Shown here: positions 57,101-63,920 of the stretch, piece by piece
Layout of the letters: each line of letters begins with the position of its first letter
Numbering within the stretch: the stretch's first letter is position 1
DNA from: an uncultured Pseudobdellovibrionaceae bacterium
Lineage (GTDB): Bacteria; Pseudomonadota; Alphaproteobacteria; Micavibrionales; Micavibrionaceae
DNA: 63,920 nucleotides
Direction: 5' to 3'
Assembly: GCA_964368875.1 (NCBI GenBank)
Contig: CAYJDG010000008.1
Coordinates: forward strand, 1-63,920
Program-made: the position numbers and the translations under genes
The notes under the pieces: generated by a model
The model's database searches: none
Told to the model about the DNA's origin: nothing
The model's input: only the letters and a program-made list of their open reading frames with translations

Positions 57101-58165
57101 TTACGCGGCAGCGATTGCCTTTTTGTCGCCAGCTTTAGCAGCGGCGGCAGCATCGGCATCGGCTTTTTCAGAGGCGCGGGACCGGCGGCCTTTGATCATG
57201 CCTTCGAGGCGCTCGGCAGCTTCGATTTCCGTGATCTTTTCGACGGCTGCAACTTCGCGGGCCAGACGCTCGAGGGCAGATTGGTAAATCTGACGCTCAG
57301 AGTATGACTGCTCGGTATCATCGTTGCTGCGTTTGAGATCGCGGAGAACTTCGGCGATAGAGACCGGGTCACCCGAGTTGATCTTCATTTCGTATTCCTG
57401 AGCGCGACGGCTCCACATGGCGCGACGGATCTGGGCGCGGCCTTGCAGGGTTTTGAGAGCGTCCTGCATGCGGTTCGTGTTGGACAGGCGGCGCAGACCG
57501 GAGGCCACGGCTTTGAAAACCGGGACTTTCAGGCGCATACGGTCTTTTTCGAACTGGATCGCATAGAGCTTGATCTCCATACCACCGATGGTCTGGGTCT
57601 CAACGGCCTCAATCTGACCGACACCGTGGGCCGGATAGACGACATAATCGCCTTTTTTGTATTCGACCTTTTCAGCTGCCGCCGAAATCGGCGCCATCTG
57701 ACGGACTGGCTGAAGAGGTGCCAGCGATTTGTTGATGACCTGGATCGGACGGTAAACCGGACGGACCAGCGAGTTGGAATTTGGCGACAGAGCCTTCAGA
57801 CCATCCGCGGTCTTTTGCAGAACAACTGCTGGCTTGGCATTCTGGTTGGTCGGCTGTTTGACGGCAATCGGGGCCGCCGTCTTACCAGTTTGTTTGGCTT
57901 CTGGTTTTTTTGCAGCGACTTTTGCAGGTGCAGCTTTTGCAACTGGTTTAGCAGTTGAAGCTTTAGGTTTGGAAACCGTTTTAACTGGCTGTTTTGCAAC
58001 GATTTTCTTGGCTGGGGCAGCAGCTTTCTTGGCGACAGGTTTCGTGACCTTCGCAGCTGGTTTCTTAGCCGTTTTCAATGGGGTAGCAGGCTTCTTTGAA
58101 GTTTTGACTGAGGCCTTGGCTTTCTGCTGAGGCTTGGTTTTTTGTACTTTTTTGTTGGTTGCCAT
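57101..58165 (-). CDS. carD: CarD/CdnL family RNA-polymerase-binding regulator with Lys/Ala/Pro-rich N-terminal extension
   Basis: The core from about residue 168 (YKKGDYVVYPAHGVGQIEAVETQTIGG) is CarD_CdnL_TRCF-like. Residues 1-115 are KAAK/PAKK-type low complexity. Confidence 0.9.
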   Translation of the reverse strand: MATNKKVQKTKPQQKAKASVKTSKKPATPLKTAKKPAAKVTKPVAKKAAAPAKKIVAKQPVKTVSKPKASTAKPVAKAAPAKVAAKKPEAKQTGKTAAPIAVKQPTNQNAKPAVVLQKTADGLKALSPNSNSLVRPVYRPIQVINKSLAPLQPVRQMAPISAAAEKVEYKKGDYVVYPAHGVGQIEAVETQTIGGMEIKLYAIQFEKDRMRLKVPVFKAVASGLRRLSNTNRMQDALKTLQGRAQIRRAMWSRRAQEYEMKINSGDPVSIAEVLRDLKRSNDDTEQSYSERQIYQSALERLAREVAAVEKITEIEAAERLEGMIKGRRSRASEKADADAAAAAKAGDKKAIAAA

Positions 58166-58374
58166 TGTCTTAGTCCTTTTTCTTGATCTGTTACTTTAAG
58201 TAAAGTCAGCTTTGAACCTAGCTTTTGTTCGAAGCCATTTGACTTCGCCCAGTACGCGTCACTCTAAACGGTGTGGAGGTTTGGTAAGAAAATTACGCAA
58301 ACGCCGAAACGCAAGGAATTTCAAGGTCTTGTAAGGACCAAGTGATTGCCAAGAGCCGTTAAAGTATGTGAAGG

Positions 58375-58402
58375 ACTATAGCAGAAATTGGGTAAATTTC
58401 AA
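58375..58402 (-). promoter_or_regulatory. Sigma70-like promoter candidate for carD, implying a leader of about 200 nt
   Basis: Minus strand reads TTGAAA-N16-TATAGT, about 210 nt upstream of the carD ATG. Confidence 0.45.
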
Positions 58403-58478
58403 CGTTTCTTTACAAAATATTAAGACGGTGCGTCATTTTATTCACAGATTGATACACCGCGCCTGTTTTGCGCGGGTG

Positions 58479-58817
58479 TCAGTCGCCTTCGCCGGGCTTC
58501 GGCGAGAAGTATTTCTCGAACTTGCCGCCTTCATTCTTATACTTGTCTGCGTCAGGCATTCCGGGCTTGATCCGGGTGATATTCGGCCACTTAGACGCAT
58601 ACTCGCGGTTTATTTCCAGAAACTTGTCAGCTTTTTCATCCGTGTCTGGGACGATGGCGTCAATCGGGCACTCAGGCTCGCAGACGCCGCAGTCGATACA
58701 TTCGTCCGGATGGATGACCAGAAAGTTCTCACCTTCATAGAAGCAGTCGACCGGGCAGACTTCTACGCAGTCGGTGTATTTACACATAATGCAGACATCG
58801 GTAACGACGAAGGTCAT
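58479..58817 (-). CDS. fdxA: 7Fe ferredoxin FdxA
   Basis: [26 protein letters not shown]...[12 protein letters not shown] cluster motifs. ATG at 58817; the ORF-track start at 58877 is probably too long. Confidence 0.95.
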   Translation of the reverse strand: MTFVVTDVCIMCKYTDCVEVCPVDCFYEGENFLVIHPDECIDCGVCEPECPIDAIVPDTDEKADKFLEINREYASKWPNITRIKPGMPDADKYKNEGGKFEKYFSPKPGEGD

Positions 58818-58900
58818 AAAGAAATCCGGATATTTATTGACATAAGTTACGAGTATGTGCTGATTTCCAGCAGGCAAGAACCTATATAGAAAGCTTCATA

Positions 58901-59401
58901 ATGACAAGACCCGCGCGCAATCCCAGCACATTTGTGTTTCCTAATCCTATCAGCCGGGAAACGTCATTCCGTCAAATGTGGACTTACATCGCAAGACAAG
59001 TCGAATCCTTCAAAGGGTGGAAGGGCGGTGTTGAAGCAATTGGACCAGAACTCACTTATGACGAAGCCGATAATGCGCCTGTGATCGTCTTGAAAATGGC
59101 GATGCCCGATCTGGGAAACCTTCTTAAAGGAGAATGCAGTGAGGCCATATCCTTTAAAATAGGGCCACTGGGGACGGTGGCTATTTCATCTACCTTTACA
59201 GAGCTTGCTGCCCAGTATGCATCTACGCGCGAGCCATATAGCCGTCTTTTCGTCACAGCGGCAGATACAATCCGCTATTTTCAGTCACCTGAAGGCGCTT
59301 TCACAGGAGAAGATCACTTCGGTGGCCGCAGAAATGACCCGTTTCAACTGACCCAATGCAGCATTATTGCCCAGCACCTGGCTTGCGTGCGGCGCAGCTA
59401 A
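58901..59401 (+). CDS. Hypothetical protein (orphan)
   Basis: 166 aa. The ATTGACATAA decamer lies 56 nt upstream of the ATG. No family recognised. Confidence 0.45.
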   Translation: MTRPARNPSTFVFPNPISRETSFRQMWTYIARQVESFKGWKGGVEAIGPELTYDEADNAPVIVLKMAMPDLGNLLKGECSEAISFKIGPLGTVAISSTFTELAAQYASTREPYSRLFVTAADTIRYFQSPEGAFTGEDHFGGRRNDPFQLTQCSIIAQHLACVRRS

Positions 59402-59443
59402 GTATTTGTATCGCTAAAGTGATTCGATAAGTTTCACATGAAA

Positions 59444-60379
59444 CTATATGGTAACTATTGGGTCATTGAGGGTCAGGCTGATCGAATCGCCGTTTGCCTG
59501 TAATTTAGCCATCCCCCCGATAGGAAGTGCGTAAAATTCCTTCTCGTCATGCGAGAAGGGGGCATCAAAAATTACAGGTATTTCAAGATCCTGCGTATGC
59601 TTCTTGAGAATCTCTTCCAAAGTGAAGCCATAGGGCGTGCCGGTATCCTGCGGATTGAGAAACTGGCCGAAAACCAGCCCACCCAACTCCTGAAACGGAG
59701 CGGCCTGACGGAGATGCCACAGCATCCGGTCGATCCGGCTGAATTCTTCGTTGATATCCTCGATAAAAAGGATGGCACCCTTGAGGTTGGGCATATATCC
59801 CGTGCCAGCCAGAATGGACAGCATGCTGAGAGTCCCGCCAAAGAGAGGGCCTTCGCCCTCGCCATGGCGCAGGACCTTGGCTGTGCCCAGCGGATAGGAC
59901 GGTGTCTTACCGGCCAGCAAGGCAAAGGCATGGTCGACACAGGCCGGGTTGAGCGTAGGGAGGCCCTTGAGGAAGGGGCCATGCACAGAGGTCAGTCCCG
60001 CTTTGGTCCATAAGGCGCCCTGAAGGGCCGTAGAATCGCTGAAGCCCATGTAAATCTTGGGATTGGCCCGGATCGTGCCAAAATCCAGATGGTCGAGCAC
60101 CATGCAGGAACCATTGCCACCCCGGGCGCCGATGATCGCTTTGATTTCCGGAGACATGAACATTTCATGGAGGGCAGCGGCTTTTTCCTGCGGTGTGCCG
60201 GCAGACTGGCGGTCGCGGGCGAGGGTCTGGGGATGAATCTGGATGTTGAAGCCATAATCTCGCAGAACGCTGACCCCTGCATCGAGTTTGTCTGACTCGA
60301 TCAGGCTGGAGGGGGCGACGATACCGATGGTGTCGCCCTTGCGCAGGGCGGGCGGTTTGATGAGGTCCATGGCAAGCAT
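59444..60379 (-). CDS. ldcA: LD-carboxypeptidase (peptidase S66, LdcA/MccF-like)
   Basis: 311 aa; GDTIGIVAPSS and GFSDSTAL (nucleophile Ser), with a C-terminal His/Glu region. Confidence 0.85.
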   Translation of the reverse strand: MLAMDLIKPPALRKGDTIGIVAPSSLIESDKLDAGVSVLRDYGFNIQIHPQTLARDRQSAGTPQEKAAALHEMFMSPEIKAIIGARGGNGSCMVLDHLDFGTIRANPKIYMGFSDSTALQGALWTKAGLTSVHGPFLKGLPTLNPACVDHAFALLAGKTPSYPLGTAKVLRHGEGEGPLFGGTLSMLSILAGTGYMPNLKGAILFIEDINEEFSRIDRMLWHLRQAAPFQELGGLVFGQFLNPQDTGTPYGFTLEEILKKHTQDLEIPVIFDAPFSHDEKEFYALPIGGMAKLQANGDSISLTLNDPIVTI

Positions 60380-60411
60380 GGTAGCTTAAAAGCCTGACTG
60401 TTCAAGCTGTT

Positions 60412-60735
60412 CTATTTGGGGCTTTGTGATGCAAGCCGCTGGTCTACTATTCCGCACAGCTCTCTGAACTCGGTATCGTTAGGGCTATAGAATCCCCCTT
60501 TGGCAAGTTCGGTGAATTTGGTGGCCAGAGGATTGCTTTGGGCGACCATTCTTTCAAGTTCAGACTGCACCAAGCCGGGGAATATTTTAATTTTGCGCGA
60601 AATGTCACTCGCTAAAATGCCATAATTCTTCTCGTCGTTGAGCTCTTCTGGCTCATCAGCTATCCAAGTGTCAGCTTTGAATAAATCTCTGAGAAAAATT
60701 ATCAGCATGGCATTTTTTACCATAATGGAGAGCAT
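60412..60735 (-). CDS. Hypothetical small protein
   Basis: 107 aa ORF, AT-richer than its neighbours. Start choice uncertain. No family recognised. Confidence 0.35.
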   Translation of the reverse strand: MLSIMVKNAMLIIFLRDLFKADTWIADEPEELNDEKNYGILASDISRKIKIFPGLVQSELERMVAQSNPLATKFTELAKGGFYSPNDTEFRELCGIVDQRLASQSPK

Positions 60736-60760
60736 CTATACAAGTTTTATAGGAAAAGCC

Positions 60761-62203
60761 TCATGCCGCATCTTCCCTGAGCTGCTTGAAGGCTGCCAAA
60801 GCCTCCTCACGGGCCTTTTTATGGTCCACCATCGGGTGTGGATAGGTTTTACCAAGGGTGATCCCGGCTTCCCTGAGGACAAGCGCCGGGGCTTCCCACG
60901 GGGCATTGAGCAGATCATCGGGCAGGGCGGCGATTTCGGGAACCCAGCGGCGGATGTACTCGCCAGATGGATCGAATTTGAGACCCTGACCCATCGGGTT
61001 GAAAACCCGGAAATAGGGCGAGGCATCGGCACCGCAGCCTGCGATCCATTGCCAGCTGGCTGAATTGTTGGCGAGGTCGGCATCGACCAGGCAATCCCAG
61101 AACCAGTCCTCGCCGTGATGCCAGTGCAGGCGGAGGTCTTTGACCAGAAACGAGCCAACGATCATGCGCACGCGGTTGTGCATATACCCTGTTTCCCAAA
61201 GTTCGCGCATTCCGGCGTCGACAATCGGGAAACCCGTTTGCCCCTGCTGCCAACGTTTCAGCGCATCACCGCTGTTTTTAGCCCATGGGAAGGCTTCGAA
61301 GCGGGTTTGCAAGGGGCTGCGCGGCAAAGTAGGGAAATGATAGAGAAGCGCGTTGGAGAACTCACGCCAGCCGAGTTCGGAGTGGAAGGTATCGAGATCG
61401 GTTTCTTTGCCCTGAGCCAGCGCAGCAGCCTCGGAGGCATGCCAGACTTCACGCGGTGAGATTTCACCAAAATGTAGATAGGGGGACAGGCGCGAGACAT
61501 TGGCGCGGGCAGGGAAATTGCGCCCTTCCTTATAGCCTGCAATTTCAGCAGCTAAAAAATCTTTCAGGCGTTGGCGCGCACCTGCTTCACCGATCACCCA
61601 ATGTTGTTCCATTTTGTGATCCCAGCGCGGCTCAGGTTTGCGCGGCAGTAGCTGGGCCTGCTCAAGCCCGGAGGGGCCTTTGCGCGCATGGATATTGAGG
61701 TTTTTGGGCTTTGGCTTGGGCGTAGCCGGGGGTGCGGCATTGAGGCACCCCTTGCGGTAGAAGGGCGTAAAGACACGGTAGGGTGTGCCATCCTGCTTTT
61801 GCACGTCCCATGGTTCCCACAGCAGCGACGCATTCGAGCTTTCGACGGTGAGGCCTTTTTTGGTCAGGTCGTCTTTGATTTTTTTATCGCGGGCAATGCG
61901 CCATGGTTCATAGCAACGGTTCCAATACGCGGCTTTGGCGTCGAATTCTTTGATCAATTCCGGCAGGACTTTTTCGGCGTTGCCGCTGCGAACGATCAGG
62001 GCATTTTCTAGCGACGCATCGAGAGATTTTAGCGAATGGTGCAGCCACCAACGCGAGGCGCCGCCCTGCTGCCATTCTCCGGCATTGGCATCATCAAGAA
62101 TATAGACAGGCACGATCGGCAAGCCAGACTGATGCGCGGCGATAAGGGCGGGATTGTCATGCAGGCGTAAATCCTGCCGGAACCAGAGGATGCAAACGGA
62201 CAT
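60761..62203 (-). CDS. phrB: Deoxyribodipyrimidine photolyase
   Basis: 480 aa; WFRQDLRLHDNPAL and TGFPIVDAGMRELWETGYMHNRVRMIVGSFL. Confidence 0.95.
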   Translation of the reverse strand: MSVCILWFRQDLRLHDNPALIAAHQSGLPIVPVYILDDANAGEWQQGGASRWWLHHSLKSLDASLENALIVRSGNAEKVLPELIKEFDAKAAYWNRCYEPWRIARDKKIKDDLTKKGLTVESSNASLLWEPWDVQKQDGTPYRVFTPFYRKGCLNAAPPATPKPKPKNLNIHARKGPSGLEQAQLLPRKPEPRWDHKMEQHWVIGEAGARQRLKDFLAAEIAGYKEGRNFPARANVSRLSPYLHFGEISPREVWHASEAAALAQGKETDLDTFHSELGWREFSNALLYHFPTLPRSPLQTRFEAFPWAKNSGDALKRWQQGQTGFPIVDAGMRELWETGYMHNRVRMIVGSFLVKDLRLHWHHGEDWFWDCLVDADLANNSASWQWIAGCGADASPYFRVFNPMGQGLKFDPSGEYIRRWVPEIAALPDDLLNAPWEAPALVLREAGITLGKTYPHPMVDHKKAREEALAAFKQLREDAA

Positions 62204-62270
62204 GCCAGAACCATAGCATTTCCGCCATTAATTGCTCCATTACATCTCTGTAAGTTTAATTTCCACCGGA

Positions 62271-62304
62271 TGATCCACAGAATTACCCACACACCTGTGG
62301 ATAA
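62271..62304. promoter_or_regulatory. Inverted pair of DnaA-box-like nonamers / 8-bp inverted repeat upstream of phrB
   Basis: TGATCCACA at 62271-62279 and TGTGGATAA at 62296-62304 (the reverse complement of TTATCCACA). The arms ATCCACAG and CTGTGGAT are separated by 14 nt. Confidence 0.3.
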
Positions 62305-62310
62305 CTTGTC

Positions 62311-63276
62311 TTAGCCGTCTGAGGTGATCCGCTTGATGATCTCGAGCAGGGCTTCTTCTGCCTTAAGATTCTCGATCTGGCAAGTGCCAGCCGCTTCGTG
62401 TCCGCCACCGCCATAGGACAGGCAGAGGTTACCGATATGTGTGTGGCTGGTTTTATTGAGGATCGATTTGCCGATCGCGAAAACCGTGTTCTGTTTGTTT
62501 TTACCCCACATGACGTGGCAGGAAATATTGCAGTGGGGGAAAAGCGCATAGACAACGAAGCGGTTACCAGCCCAGATGACATCTTCCTGACGCAGATCAA
62601 TAACGGCGAGGTTCTTGTTGATCTGCGCGCAACGTTCGATCTGCTGGCGGAATTTGATCTGCTGTTCATAGTAGAGATCAACGCGTTCCTTGACGTCTGG
62701 CATCGTCAGAATGCGCTCTATGTCCTGGTTCTGACGACAGACATCGATCAGCTTCATCATCAATTGATAATTGGAAATATTGAAGTCCCGGAAGCGTCCG
62801 AGGCCGGTACGGGCATCCATGATAAAGGACAAAAGTTCCCAACCTTCAGGGTTGAGGATGTCCTCGCGCGTGAATTGGGCGGCATCGGCTTTGTCGACGG
62901 CGGCCATCATGTCGTCTGAAATATTGACGAATTTCTCTTTGCCGCCGAAATAATCATAAACGACACGGGCTGCCGAGGGCGCTTTGGCATCGATGATATG
63001 GTTTGGCTTCTGTCCGCCAATGCGTTCGACTTCGCTGGCATGGTGATCAAACGCCATGAATGCGCCCGGCACATAAGGCAGGTTGGTCGTAATATCATCG
63101 GGGCCGACATCAACCAGACCATCCTGCATATCCTTGGGATGGGCGAAGGTAATATCGTCGATCAGATTTAATTCTTTAAGGAGAATGCCGCAGACCAGAC
63201 CGTCCATATCGCTACGCGTAATCAGGCGGTAGCGTTTGTTCGATTCTGGCATCAGTTTCGGGGCTGCCTGGGACAT
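62311..63276 (-). CDS. DHH superfamily phosphoesterase (NrnB/COG2404-like)
   Basis: RSDMDGLVCGILL (DxD motif), FDHHASE (DHH motif) and GGGHEAAG near the C-terminus. Confidence 0.6.
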   Translation of the reverse strand: MSQAAPKLMPESNKRYRLITRSDMDGLVCGILLKELNLIDDITFAHPKDMQDGLVDVGPDDITTNLPYVPGAFMAFDHHASEVERIGGQKPNHIIDAKAPSAARVVYDYFGGKEKFVNISDDMMAAVDKADAAQFTREDILNPEGWELLSFIMDARTGLGRFRDFNISNYQLMMKLIDVCRQNQDIERILTMPDVKERVDLYYEQQIKFRQQIERCAQINKNLAVIDLRQEDVIWAGNRFVVYALFPHCNISCHVMWGKNKQNTVFAIGKSILNKTSHTHIGNLCLSYGGGGHEAAGTCQIENLKAEEALLEIIKRITSDG

Positions 63277-63414
63277 TGTATCTCCGTGAGGGATGAATAA
63301 GAAAGATGAACGCAGAGATAAGCATATTTTCTAAATTATAATAGAGAGTTAACGGCGGCAACAACGATCCCTTGTATGGGGCAGAATTGTTCACTTTATG
63401 ACATGCTAATATTA

Positions 63415-63443
63415 TTGACATAACCTATCGACTCCTGTACACA
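63415..63443 (+). promoter_or_regulatory. Promoter candidate for the orphan gene at 63484
   Basis: TTGACA-N17-TACACA (weak -10). Part of the ATTGACATAA decamer set. Confidence 0.3.
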
Positions 63444-63483
63444 CGTGCCAATTAAAAATTCGGGTGTGAAGGACTGCGTCACT

Positions 63484-63885
63484 ATGCAAGATCAGTTTAA
63501 GGGCAATAATCAGCCTTCCGGCGCGCTGTCCATGGCCAGCCGCCTGCATTTCATGGACCTCGTACAGGACAATTCATCGACATTGCGTGCGTATTTCACC
63601 AGCAGCCTGACTCCTCAGGAAGCGAAGGATGCGCAAGCTTTTCTGCAAGAGCAAATGGAAAGACTGGGCGTAACGGCGATTGAGGATATATCTCAGACGC
63701 GTGATACCTGCTGGACCCAAATCAGCCTGACCTTCAAAACTTTCGCCGGCCAGCAACCTGCGGACCTTCTGCACAGAATGGTCAAGTTTGTTGAGAGCCA
63801 GAGAGTCGAAGCTGAAAGAGCCGAACGTGCTGCTGCCTTGGTGCGCAATTCACAACCACAGCCGAAGCTCGATACAATTCTTTAA
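63484..63885 (+). CDS. Hypothetical protein (orphan, helical)
   Basis: 133 aa from ATG 63484, with GAAGGA 10 nt upstream. The ORF-track GTG at 63445 would lie within or upstream of the predicted transcription start. Confidence 0.45.
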   Translation: MQDQFKGNNQPSGALSMASRLHFMDLVQDNSSTLRAYFTSSLTPQEAKDAQAFLQEQMERLGVTAIEDISQTRDTCWTQISLTFKTFAGQQPADLLHRMVKFVESQRVEAERAERAAALVRNSQPQPKLDTIL

Positions 63886-63920
63886 ATCATGCCTTATCAG
63901 TTTATCTCAGACAGGTTCGC

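Noticed and set aside
58368-58889. 173-aa plus-strand ORF spanning the carD leader and fdxA
   Set aside because: It starts with GTG inside the non-coding leader and runs antisense through the whole of fdxA, which is unambiguous. It has no SD and no motifs.
59424-59441. Palindrome GTTTCACATGAAAC between the convergent orphan gene and ldcA as a terminator
   Set aside because: The loop would be only 2-4 nt and neither strand has a following U-tract. It is too weak to call.
62271-62304. DnaA boxes as a chromosomal replication origin
   Set aside because: There are only two boxes, with no adjacent AT-rich unwinding element or additional boxes. The gene context (phrB, DHH phosphoesterase) is not that of alphaproteobacterial origins (hemE/parAB/dnaA regions). 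I kept it only as a possible regulatory site.

Overview
The window looks like core alphaproteobacterial chromosome, judged by gene content and synteny; roughly 50-57% GC by eye. It covers three conserved blocks. First: (dxr)-rseP-bamA-skp-lpxD-fabZ-lpxA-lpxI-lpxB, convergent with gltA-gltX, then comEC, lexA, trpCDG, trpE-ppiD. Second: tpiA-secG-pyrG ... kdsA ... eno-yqgE-ftsB-pdhA-pdhB-pdhC-lpd ... lipA ... ratA. Third: ispDF-pgpA-cinA (minus strand), then ntrY-ntrX-HAD-hfq-hflX, an M17 aminopeptidase, cspA, carD, fdxA, ldcA, phrB and a DHH phosphoesterase. I found no rRNA, tRNA, CRISPR array, IS element or transposase. The unusual content is small AT-richer orphan genes inserted at junctions of the conserved gene order. 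The most system-like is a tandem pair of RelA/SpoT-hydrolase-like HD genes (small alarmone hydrolase-like) between lipA and ratA; the second carries a degenerate internal duplication. Four orphan genes are each preceded by the same decamer, ATTGACATAA, in a -35-like position. Other points of note are a tandem rseP duplication, a low-GC membrane gene inside the lipid A cluster, a CarD/CdnL protein with a long histone-H1-like N-terminal extension, and extra genes inside the pyruvate dehydrogenase operon. All protein calls rest on motifs read by eye; no database search was possible.
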